From NCBI RefSeq assembly GCF_001997385.1, contig NZ_CP019633.1, positions 1,980,001 through 2,012,000 of the forward strand: 32,000 nucleotides of DNA, in the 5' to 3' direction. Position numbers and translations under genes: made by a program. The first letter of the stretch is position 1. Every line of letters begins with the position of its first letter. Origin of the DNA: Sedimentisphaera cyanobacteriorum. Lineage in GTDB: Bacteria; Planctomycetota; Phycisphaerae; Sedimentisphaerales; Sedimentisphaeraceae. This document shows, piece by piece, positions 9,295-17,081 of this stretch. The notes below the pieces were generated by a model, which was not told the origin of the DNA, did not search any database, and saw only the letters and a program-made list of their open reading frames with translations.

Positions 9295-10578
9295 TCAGCC
9301 GTTATTTTTATAAATAATCTGATCTCTTCTCGGGCCGGTGCCTATCATACTCACTCTAACACCAGTAATCCGCTCTAATGCTTCTATATATCGCTTAGCG
9401 TTTTCGGGGAGCTTTTCATACTCTTTCACCTCCGAGAGGTCTTCGCTCCAGCCTGCGAAAGTTTCGTAAACGCATTCAGCTCTTTCAAGATCGCCTGCAT
9501 CAACCGGGAAGAAGTTTGTTTCTTCGCCGTCAAGCATATAGCTCGGACAGATCTTCAGCTCTTCCATGCCCGCAAGCGTATCCAAATGCATCACTGCAAG
9601 CTCGTTTATTCCGCCTATAGCAGCAGCGTATCTCGCGGCAACCCCGTCGAACCAGCCGCATCTTCTCGGCCGGCCGGTGGTGGTGCCGTATTCATTACCC
9701 TTGTCTCGGATGAGCTGGCCGGTCTGGTTGTCCTGCTCGGTGGGGAAAGGCCCCGAGCCTACTCGCGTTGTGTATGCCTTTACAACGCCGAGAAAACGTT
9801 CTACCTTGCTTGAAGGTATGCCTGAACCTGTACTCATGCCCAATGCCGAGGCGTTAGAGCTGGTAACGAAGGGGAATGTTCCGTGGTCGAGGTCTAAAAG
9901 GGCTCCCTGCGCGCCTTCAAAAAGCACTTTCTTGCCGGAAGCTATCGCCTCGTGGAGGTATTTAGTTGTATTACATATATATTTACCAAGCTTTTTGGAA
10001 TATGTTTGGCAGCTCTGGTAAACTTCTTCAGGATCTATGGGTTCTGCTCCATAAACCGCGCTGAACACCTTGTTTTTGTATTCGATTATATTATTGAGTT
10101 TCTTTTTCAGCTCTTCAGGACTTCTGAAATCTGCCACCCGTACGGCAAAGCTTCTGCCGATCTTATCTGCATAGCACGGGCCGATTCCTCGGTTGGTGGT
10201 TCCGATTTTATTCTTACCGAGAGCTGATTCTCTCAGCGAGTCTTCGAGCTTATGGTATGAGAGCACAACGTGAGCATTCTCGCTGATAAAAAGCCTGCTT
10301 GCAAAGCTGAAGCCCTTCTCTTCGAGCCCCTCGAGCTCTTTGAGGAAGATCTCCGGGTCGAATACTACACCGTTTCCTATAACGCAGGCAGTGTCTGAAC
10401 GTACGGCGCCGCTGGGCATTAGATGCAGCGCGAATTTCTGATTATTCACTATCACAGTATGCCCTGCATTTGCCCCGCCGGCAAAGCGAACGACAACATC
10501 ACACTGCTCGGCTAATATATCTACGACTTTGCCCTTACCTTCATCTCCCCATTGCAGTCCTGTAACGCAACAATTCAT
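9295..10578 (-). CDS. purA: Adenylosuccinate synthetase
   Basis: 427-aa ORF with GLQWGDEGKGKVVD (P-loop), GTTNRGIGPCYADK and TTTGRPRRCGWFD. It lies 4 nt upstream of uppS, suggesting a purA-uppS-hflX operon. Confidence 0.95.
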   Translation of the reverse strand: MNCCVTGLQWGDEGKGKVVDILAEQCDVVVRFAGGANAGHTVIVNNQKFALHLMPSGAVRSDTACVIGNGVVFDPEIFLKELEGLEEKGFSFASRLFISENAHVVLSYHKLEDSLRESALGKNKIGTTNRGIGPCYADKIGRSFAVRVADFRSPEELKKKLNNIIEYKNKVFSAVYGAEPIDPEEVYQSCQTYSKKLGKYICNTTKYLHEAIASGKKVLFEGAQGALLDLDHGTFPFVTSSNASALGMSTGSGIPSSKVERFLGVVKAYTTRVGSGPFPTEQDNQTGQLIRDKGNEYGTTTGRPRRCGWFDGVAARYAAAIGGINELAVMHLDTLAGMEELKICPSYMLDGEETNFFPVDAGDLERAECVYETFAGWSEDLSEVKEYEKLPENAKRYIEALERITGVRVSMIGTGPRRDQIIYKNNG

Positions 10579-10790
10579 ATATTGTTCCTTGCTATATATA
10601 CAGTCAAAAGCCGCAGCAGGAACACTCTGCCACGGCTTTATCGAATTCTAACCGAAAAATTGTTAATTTCAAATTATTTTACTCAAACTAAAAGTTTTTG
10701 TGTGCGGCAATATTATCCGGCAAGGGATTTCTCTAAGCGGTTATAAAATCCCCAGCCGCTAATCTGCGCTTCAGGTGAGAAATTTTTAGC

Positions 10791-11485
10791 CAGGATTAAC
10801 AGGATCTGCAGGATGAGATGGAGAAATAGGAAACATTTTGTGTTTTTTTAACAAGAAGCCCGCGAAACACACGAAGGGGATGTGGTTTCAATTGATTTTT
10901 TTATCCACAGATGGCCGCAGCATTTACGGACAGAGCCAGCGGTTCACTGCTTAATAATGCGGCGTCGCAGAGCGGAGGAACGCAAGCTCCCCGCTAGGAT
11001 AACGAAAAGTGAAGAGCCGGCGGTAAACGAAAAATCTTTTCTAAAAGAATGCCTAGCGGGTCCGCCACGGCGAACTCCGCTGTAGTACGGGGGATGTTAA
11101 ACATTGAGCCTGTCCGCCGCAGGCGGAGAGTTAGCGGAGAAGATATAATATTGGACAGGATTAACAGGATCTACAAAATGAGATGGAGAGATAGGAAAAT
11201 TTTATGTTTTGTTTTACCACGAAACACACGAAGGGGATATGGTTTTAATTTATTATCCACAGATGGCACGGATGTCACAGATTTTATTTGGATTATACCA
11301 CGAAAAAACGATATTTTATTGGAATTAGTGAAGATTAGTGGCGAGTGGCGAGTGGCGAGTGGCAAAATCATAAGCGAAAAATCTTTTCTAAAAGAATGCC
11401 TAGCGGGTCCGCCACGGCGAACACCGCTGTAGTACAGGGGATGTTTAACATTGAGCCTGTCCGCCGCAGGCGGAGAACAAGCGGA
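10791..11485. repeat. Mosaic intergenic repeat patch B: two tandem units (about 10791-11140 and 11155-11485, period about 364 nt)
   Basis: Both units start CAGGATTAACAGGATCT.CA..ATGAGATGGAGA.ATAGGAAA. Both contain ACACGAAGGGGAT.TGGTTT.AATT.ATT...ATCCACAGATGGC. Both end CGAAAAATCTTTTCTAAAAGAATGCCTAGCGGGTCCGCCACGGCGAAC.CCGCTGTAGTAC.GGGGATGTT(T)AAACATTGAGCCTGTCCGCCGCAGGCGGAGA. The middle sections differ between units. Hairpins TCCGCC-GCA-GGCGGA sit at 11113-11127 and 11460-11474. Confidence 0.9.
11338..11363. repeat. Tandem heptamer array (GTGGCGA)n, about 3.7 copies; reverse complement of the 5010-5069 array
   Basis: Read directly: gtggcga gtggcga gtggcga gtggc, in the same flanking context as the array in patch A but inverted. 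Confidence 0.9.
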
Positions 11486-11556
11486 TAGATTCGGCTTTAA
11501 AAAGCTTTGCCAATAAATATTGTCGCAAACACTTCTAAAGTGGGCGACAATATTAT

Positions 11557-11584
11557 TTGACTAATCGTATTCAAATATTACAAT
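11557..11584 (+). promoter_or_regulatory. Sigma70-type promoter for tRNA-Pro
   Basis: TTGACT (11557-11562), a 16-nt spacer, then TACAAT (11579-11584). The -10 box ends 12 nt upstream of the mature tRNA 5' end. Confidence 0.6.
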
Positions 11585-11596
11585 CTGCTTTCCTAT

Positions 11597-11671
11597 CGGG
11601 GCGTGGCTCAGCTTGGCTAGAGCGTTGCGTTCGGGACGCAAAGGTCGGAGGTTCAAATCCTCTCGCCCCGA
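11597..11671 (+). tRNA. tRNA-Pro (anticodon CGG)
   Basis: Hand-folded cloverleaf. Acceptor CGGGGCG/CGCCCCG plus discriminator A. D-stem GCTC/GAGC. Anticodon stem TTGCG/CGCAA with loop TTCGGGA (anticodon CGG). T-arm GGAGG-TTCAAAT-CCTCT. No encoded CCA. Confidence 0.9.
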
Positions 11672-11677
11672 TTTGAC

Positions 11678-11699
11678 TTGCAGGGTTCAAACCCTGCAA
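11678..11699 (+). other. 9-bp hairpin immediately 3' of tRNA-Pro (possible processing or termination structure)
   Basis: TTGCAGGGT-tcaa-ACCCTGCAA. There is no following T-tract, so it is not a canonical intrinsic terminator. Confidence 0.35.
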
Positions 11700-11799
11700 A
11701 TCAAATGGAGCAGTAGAGTGTAGAGAGGTGAAAGTAGAGCAATGTATAATCTCTGCTGCGGTCTCCTTTCTACTATCTGCTTTCGGGGTGAAAAACTAA

Positions 11800-12146
11800 A
11801 TGGCATTCGCTTTTGAAAAACTTGTCGTTTACCAGAAAGCTGTCGATTTTGCCGACAAGACTTGCGAGACAAAATCCAAATTCCCCAATGGATTTTATTA
11901 TCTTCGTGATCAGCTTAATCGTGCTTCTTTATCAATTGCTTCCAATATCGCTGAGGGCAATGGTCGGTTCACAAAAAATGATCGAAAACACTTTTTCGGT
12001 ATTGCTCGCGGTTCTGCGCAGGAATGAGTGCCTTTACTGGAATTATCTCTTAGGCGAGGTTTCTAAACACAGAACGCCATGCCTTTTTGGAAGGCAATTT
12101 GCAAGAAATTGCAAAAATGTTATCCGGCCTTATAAACGGCCTGTAA
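11800..12146 (+). pseudogene. Four-helix-bundle protein gene (23S rRNA intervening-sequence protein family, TIGR02436/PF05635-like), disrupted
   Basis: The N-terminal 75 aa (MAFAFEKLVVYQKAVDFADK...RASLSIASNIAEGNGRF...FFGIARGSAQE) end at TGA 12025-12027. The same frame continues VPLLELSLRRGF to TAA 12064-12066. A different frame starting at 12063 then reads LNTERHAFLEGNLQEIAKMLSGLINGL* (stop 12144-12146), the typical family C-terminus. This implies one premature stop plus a 1-nt deletion near 12060-12063. Confidence 0.75.
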
Positions 12147-12305
12147 AAGCGAAAGGTTTATTTCATCAATAACAGGCTCACCTCAATTTGAGGAATGGAA
12201 GTCTTGGCTGTCGAGAAGGTATCTGGTCAGCAATTTATAATTTACATAAATTTATGCCTGAATTTCTGTGTTTCCCGTATATTTCAAGCGGGCTAAGTAA
12301 AACCT

Positions 12306-13790
12306 CTATTGCTTTCTTTTATCGAATCGGAAGATTTCAATTTTGTGAAGCTTGATTTTCTCAACGAGTGTGAAATCCTCATTGAGCTTTTCAACGAGCA
12401 GATAATCCTCGTCCCAGCTGTGGCAGTACACCAGCCATACCCCATTCGCTCCTGCATACTGACGCTGAATCAGAGGTGCGTTTTCGGGTGTAACAGCGGG
12501 GCCTCCTGCCTCAATTTTTTGATCGAGAAGCGGAAAGCCCTTCACCTCGGCCTGTCCGTGGTAGTAGTAGCTGAAGGCCTTTCGGCAGAATGCCGGATGG
12601 ATAATCACCGTTTCAGAAGGCTCTGCCTGAGCTGAGATTTCCTTTGCCGCTGCCTTCCAGTTTTCATTGAACGGGCCGATATAGTAATCAGCGAGAACTC
12701 CTGCCATAGTGAGATACAAAACGGCTGAAGCGATGAACATAGCCTTGCGCTCGAGCCTGCTGAGAGCCCTGCCTGCGAGGATGAAAAATGCAAACGAGCC
12801 TGCAAGGATATACCGTCCTGAATACACCGGCGCAGCGATAAGCGAAAACAAATAAGGCACAGCAACCGTTACAACCAGCCACCAAATTGCTGTATGGTCT
12901 TTCAAAAGCTCTGTGAGGAACGATTTGCCGTTTCCCGCTGCCCTGTAAACAGCCCAAAGATAGAGTATGAAAAGGGCTGCGAAAACAGCCGCAAGCAGGA
13001 GGCTTTCCCCCGCAAAGAAGTACGGGGCTGCAAGCAGATGAATTATTCCCGGCCTTTCTAAAACGCCCGTCCCGCCTCCATATTTGCTGAGCCCCTGCAA
13101 AAGCACGGCAAACCACGGGATAAACAAAGCAGCGGCAAGAATCTGGCCTGCAATCCAGCCGGAGAGGTCTTTTTTGTTTAATCGCCCCGATTTGCGGGTT
13201 TCGATAATTATCTGCGTGATGGCAGCTAAATTCTGCGAAGCTATAACGAAGATTCCGTAGTAGTGATTGTATAATAGAAGGGCGGAGGCAAGGGATAAGG
13301 CAAGAAGGTTTCTCAGCCTTCGTTCTTGGATAAGCCTAACGAAGAAGTACATCGAAACGCAGGTTAAAAGCCCCATAAGCGAATAGAATCTCGCCTCCTG
13401 CGCCCATTGGATGTGGTATGCAGAAAGCACAAACATCCCCGCTGCAAATCTGGCTGCTTTTCTGCTTGTAAGCTTTAATGCAGTGAGGTAGAAAAAGGGA
13501 GCAGCGAACATCCCCGAGAGAGCAGAGATGAATCTCAGCGAGAATTCGCTATAGCCTGCAATCCCGCACCAGAGCTTTGCAAGGCAGTAGTGAAGGGGCG
13601 GGTGGTATTTGAGCTCGAGAAGACGGGCAAACATATCCTCCCACGTCATCGAAACGCGGTGGAATGTGGCCATTTCATCAATCCAGAAGCTCTCATTGCC
13701 AAGTATAAAGAAGCGAAGAAGCCCGGCTGAAAGAGTGAAAAACACTATATCGTGCCATACAGGCCTTTTATTACTGCTTAAAGCCCCCAT
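12306..13790 (-). CDS. Membrane glycosyltransferase, GT-C fold (family 39 / ArnT-PMT_2-like)
   Basis: 494-aa ORF, polytopic over the first ~370 aa. The first-loop acidic motif is NESFWIDEM, as in GT39/ArnT-type enzymes. The C-terminal domain is soluble. Confidence 0.75.
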   Translation of the reverse strand: MGALSSNKRPVWHDIVFFTLSAGLLRFFILGNESFWIDEMATFHRVSMTWEDMFARLLELKYHPPLHYCLAKLWCGIAGYSEFSLRFISALSGMFAAPFFYLTALKLTSRKAARFAAGMFVLSAYHIQWAQEARFYSLMGLLTCVSMYFFVRLIQERRLRNLLALSLASALLLYNHYYGIFVIASQNLAAITQIIIETRKSGRLNKKDLSGWIAGQILAAALFIPWFAVLLQGLSKYGGGTGVLERPGIIHLLAAPYFFAGESLLLAAVFAALFILYLWAVYRAAGNGKSFLTELLKDHTAIWWLVVTVAVPYLFSLIAAPVYSGRYILAGSFAFFILAGRALSRLERKAMFIASAVLYLTMAGVLADYYIGPFNENWKAAAKEISAQAEPSETVIIHPAFCRKAFSYYYHGQAEVKGFPLLDQKIEAGGPAVTPENAPLIQRQYAGANGVWLVYCHSWDEDYLLVEKLNEDFTLVEKIKLHKIEIFRFDKRKQ

Positions 13791-13857
13791 CCGCTCAATC
13801 CCTTTGCTAAGCGTAAGTTTTCAACGGCTTCAAGCTGCATATTTCCCCCGCTATATT

Positions 13858-14586
13858 TTAGTACGCCCGCTCTATACCGGCGGCTATCGCCTTGGCGAGC
13901 TTGGTTCTGTATGAACTGCTGGAGAGGCGTTTGGCCTCTGCGGGGTTAGACATAAATCCCAGCTCTATAAGCGTGGAGGGTTTGCTGTGTTTCACGAGGA
14001 CGCGGAAATCCGCCCTCCTTACCCCCCGAACGGGCAGGCCTCTGTCTCTGAATTCTTTTTCCAGAGCAGATGCGAGCCTTTTGCTCTGCCCCACGGCCGA
14101 GCGTGCTATAAAGAAGGATGCTCCTGAAACGCTTGGCGTTCCGCACCAGTCTGCGTGTATTGAGATAAGTGCGTCTGCGCTGTAACGCTCTGCGAGGGCG
14201 GCTCGGGCGTTCAGCTCTATGAATGTGTCGTCATCGCGGCTCATAATCACCCTCGCACCTTTCTGCTTGAGGTAGTATGCAGTTTTCTTGGCTGTATCGA
14301 GATTGATCTGCTTCTCATCGAACCTTGTAAGCGCCTTTCCGAGGGCGCCGGGGTCTTTGCCTCCGTGGCCGGCATCAATGATGAATGTTTTCCCTTTTAC
14401 AGAGCCTGTTCTTTGCTGCCTTTGAGGCTGCTGATAAGTGTAGTCTGGAGTTCTGTTTTCAATTCTCTCCAGCCGGGAATCTTTTCCCACTACAACAGGA
14501 GCCTGAACACTCGGTGCGCTGCATCCTGCAAGCATTGCCCCTGTTAATAAAACTGCAAGCCCGCTTAAAATCCTTTTCTTAGCCAC
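13858..14586 (-). CDS. N-acetylmuramoyl-L-alanine amidase (Amidase_3), lipoprotein
   Basis: Lipobox LLTGAMLAGCS. Amidase_3 blocks are IIDAGHGGKDPGA, ISIHAD and LIELGFMSN. Confidence 0.88.
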   Translation of the reverse strand: MAKKRILSGLAVLLTGAMLAGCSAPSVQAPVVVGKDSRLERIENRTPDYTYQQPQRQQRTGSVKGKTFIIDAGHGGKDPGALGKALTRFDEKQINLDTAKKTAYYLKQKGARVIMSRDDDTFIELNARAALAERYSADALISIHADWCGTPSVSGASFFIARSAVGQSKRLASALEKEFRDRGLPVRGVRRADFRVLVKHSKPSTLIELGFMSNPAEAKRLSSSSYRTKLAKAIAAGIERAY

Positions 14587-14616
14587 GCTTCAACACCTTT
14601 CTGCTCTTTTTTAAGT

Positions 14617-15510
14617 TTAGAAAGAAAAAGTCTTTCCGGTGAGCCTTTCGAAGCATTCTATGTATTTCTCGCTTGTTTTGCTTACGATCTCTTCGGGAAG
14701 CTCTATTCCATCGCCGGATTTATCAAAGTCAATCTTTTCGAGATAGTCTCTAACGAACTGTTTATCAAAGCTTTTCTGAGGCCTGCCGGGCTCGTAGTCG
14801 TCTCCGGGCCAGAACCTTGAGGAATCAGGCGTGAGAACTTCATCTATCAGGATAATATCATCTTGATATCTGCCCCATTCGAACTTTGTATCAGCGAGGA
14901 TAATCCCCTTGTCTGCGGCATATCTGCCTGCTTTCTCGAAGATCTCAATGCTCTTTCTGCTTACGTATTCAGCAGCTTCTTTCCCGATGATCTCTGCGCT
15001 TTTCTCAACGGAGATATTCTCATCGTGCTCGCCGTATTCGGCCTTTGTTGATGGCGTATAGAGCGGTTCGGGCAGCTTCTGGCATTCTTTCAGCCCTTCA
15101 GGGAGCCTGTGCCCGCATACCTTTCCGCTTTTCTTGTAATCCTTCCAGCCTGAGCCGGTGATGTACCCCCGGATTATGCACTCTATTGGCAAAACCTTAG
15201 TTTTGCGAACTAGCATACTCCGCCCTTCGAGCTGGTCGGGGTGTTCATTGAATGGTTCGGGATATTCGCTTACATCATCGGTTATGAAATGGCTTTCTAT
15301 CTCATCTTCGAAAAATTCAAACCAGAATTTGGATATCTGAGTTAGAACTGTTCCCTTGCCCGGAATACCGTTTTTCATAACAACATCAAATGCACTGATT
15401 CTGTCTGTCGCTGCGATGATGAGTTTATTGCCGGCATCGTAAATATCACGAACCTTGCCGCGATGTGCCTTAGCTCCTGGAATGGATGTTTGAAGTATTG
15501 TTTTTGACAT
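14617..15510 (-). CDS. purC: Phosphoribosylaminoimidazole-succinocarboxamide synthase (SAICAR synthetase)
   Basis: Blocks are [28 protein letters not shown] and [10 protein letters not shown]. The track start at 15516 is a GTG. The first ATG is at 15510 (MSKTILQ). Confidence 0.92.
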   Translation of the reverse strand: MSKTILQTSIPGAKAHRGKVRDIYDAGNKLIIAATDRISAFDVVMKNGIPGKGTVLTQISKFWFEFFEDEIESHFITDDVSEYPEPFNEHPDQLEGRSMLVRKTKVLPIECIIRGYITGSGWKDYKKSGKVCGHRLPEGLKECQKLPEPLYTPSTKAEYGEHDENISVEKSAEIIGKEAAEYVSRKSIEIFEKAGRYAADKGIILADTKFEWGRYQDDIILIDEVLTPDSSRFWPGDDYEPGRPQKSFDKQFVRDYLEKIDFDKSGDGIELPEEIVSKTSEKYIECFERLTGKTFSF

Positions 15511-15631
15511 AAGCACAAACCCTTTATAAATATATCAGAATTTGCGGAGTATAGTATTGAATCAAAGCGGCTGAGTCAATATAAATCCGGTTTTTCTGCT
15601 AAGCTTTGCGGGGCTGCAGCTTTCGCAGGGC

Positions 15632-15850
15632 TTTAAACCACTAAGGACGCTAAAGACACGAAGGGGATATGTTTTTAATTGATTTTTCGTCCACAGATGG
15701 CACTGATCGCACTGATAATTGTATGAATGTAAGAGCTTTCTGTAAAACAGTTTATAACATAAATCTTCGCGGGCTTCGAGCCCTTCGCGGTTTAAACCAA
15801 TTACAAAAAATCCTTCGCGGGCTTGGTGTGCTTCGTAGTTTTAAACAAAT
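15632..15850. repeat. Mosaic intergenic repeat patch C
   Basis: TTTAAACCACTAAGGACGCTAAAGACACGAAGGGGATATGTTTTTAATTGATTTTTCGTCCACAGATGGCACTGATCGCACTGAT shares the core with 10868-10915 and 11224-11281. It is followed by CTTCGCGGGCTTCGAGCCCTTCGCGGTTTAAACC and CCTTCGCGGGCTTGG. These are the inverse of the CGCGAAGGGCGCTAAGGGC module at 4718-4748. Confidence 0.8.
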
Positions 15851-16031
15851 TACCCGCCCAAAAATTGTGTCTAAAAATATTAACCCGTCAATCCCGTCGT
15901 ATAATTCTGTAAATCTCATTAAAAAATCTTTGCTGCACTCGCTGTTTAAGATAAATTTGCAAAAACCGCCCGAAGAGTTTATTATTCTAATGAGAACAAA
16001 TTTAGAATTACTGCATTTAAGGAGATATCTG

Positions 16032-17060
16032 ATGCGCGTGAAACACTTGCTTATCTTAACGGCTCTGAGCTCTATTATCTTTCTCAGCTCTTGTGCGGGC
16101 AATAAAAGTATGGAGCTTTCTTATGAGAATCCCGTTTGGGACGGCTATCTTGCAGACCCCCACATATTCCGAGCCGAAGGTTCATACTATGCTGTAGGTA
16201 CAGGTCAGGCCGAGGACGGCAGGCATTTCCCGATAGTTAAATCTGATGATTTTGTGAACTGGGAGCATACAGGCGGCGCGCTTGAGCCTCTGGAAGAGCC
16301 GAACCTCGAGCTGTACTGGGCTCCTGAGATCGCCGAGAGGGACGGGAAGTTCTATCTGTACTATGCAGGCGATATGAATATGCGTGTGGCTGTGGCCGAG
16401 AGCCCTGAGGGGCCTTATGAAGATGCGGGCATCAAGCTTTTCCCCGATCTTGAATTTTCGATAGACGGCCATCCATACAAAGACCCTGTCAGCGGTGAAT
16501 GGTATCTTTTCTTCGCCAAAGACTTTTTCGATAAAAAGCCCGGAACCGCTCTTGCTGTAGTGAAGCTGGGAGATGATATGCTCTCTACAGAGGGGCAGGT
16601 GCATACTGTTATGCGGGCATTCTCAGACTGGCAGATATACGAGCGCAACCGGGACTGGTACGATAAAACCTGGCCTGCCTGGTACACAGTAGAGGGGCCT
16701 GCGGTTCTCCATAAAGACGGCAAATACTACTGCTTTTATTCAGGCGGGAACTGGCAGACTCCCGGTTACGGGGTAGGCTGCGCTGTATCGAAGGATATTA
16801 CCGGGCCGTATAAAGACCCGTGGAGCGAATCAGAGCCTTCTGTGCTCAGCAGTGATGATACAGAGCTTATTGGCCCGGGGCATAATTCAGTAATAAAGGC
16901 TCCGGACGGGCAAACTTGGTTCATCGTGTATCATTCATGGAACAGCGAGCAGACAAAGCGGCAGATGTGTATCGATCCTCTGATTTGGACATCCGAAGGG
17001 CCGAAATGCTTCAACCCTTCCCGCGGCGAGAAAACTGTTTCCCTGCCCCTTAATGACTAA
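16032..17060 (+). CDS. Glycoside hydrolase family 43 lipoprotein
   Basis: The track ORF (15669-17060) starts inside repeat patch C. The credible start is the ATG at 16032, preceded by AAGGAG (16019-16024). It gives MRVKHLLILTALSSIIFLSSCAG (lipobox). GH43 blocks are YLADPHIF, LYWAPEIAERDGKFYLYYA, TVEGPAVLHKDGKYYCFYSG and GPGHNSVI. Confidence 0.85.
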   Translation: MRVKHLLILTALSSIIFLSSCAGNKSMELSYENPVWDGYLADPHIFRAEGSYYAVGTGQAEDGRHFPIVKSDDFVNWEHTGGALEPLEEPNLELYWAPEIAERDGKFYLYYAGDMNMRVAVAESPEGPYEDAGIKLFPDLEFSIDGHPYKDPVSGEWYLFFAKDFFDKKPGTALAVVKLGDDMLSTEGQVHTVMRAFSDWQIYERNRDWYDKTWPAWYTVEGPAVLHKDGKYYCFYSGGNWQTPGYGVGCAVSKDITGPYKDPWSESEPSVLSSDDTELIGPGHNSVIKAPDGQTWFIVYHSWNSEQTKRQMCIDPLIWTSEGPKCFNPSRGEKTVSLPLND

Positions 17061-17081
17061 CAGTTTCCCCTTGTGCTGATT

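Noticed and set aside
7198-10578. The tight purA-uppS-hflX arrangement (4-nt and 11-nt gaps) as an unusual functional linkage.
   Set aside because: All three are ordinary housekeeping genes. Compact co-orientation alone does not indicate a novel system.
11579-11790. Possible att-like direct repeat: TAC.ATCTGCTTTC...GGGG.GTG before tRNA-Pro and again before the pseudogene.
   Set aside because: Only 10 nt are exactly identical (ATCTGCTTTC). By my rough estimate a match of that length is not very improbable in 32 kb on two strands. There is no integrase or other mobile-element gene between the copies. I mention it only as a weak note under the pseudogene finding.
12025-12027. In-frame TGA in the four-helix-bundle gene as a possible selenocysteine or read-through codon at a Cys-like position.
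   Set aside because: The gene also carries a frameshift about 35 nt downstream. The family is not known to contain selenoproteins, and I see no SECIS-like hairpin immediately after the TGA. A pseudogene is the simpler explanation.
11813-12172. A 119-aa ORF in an alternative frame overlapping the four-helix-bundle locus.
   Set aside because: Its sequence has no family resemblance. It merely spans the frames left open by the decayed gene. The family-like pieces lie in the other two frames.
15669-16031. A 121-codon N-terminal extension of the GH43 ORF, giving a 463-aa track ORF.
   Set aside because: The extension is translated from mosaic repeat patch C (STDGTDRTD..., LRGLRALRGL...). An RBS-preceded ATG at 16032 gives a textbook lipoprotein signal peptide.
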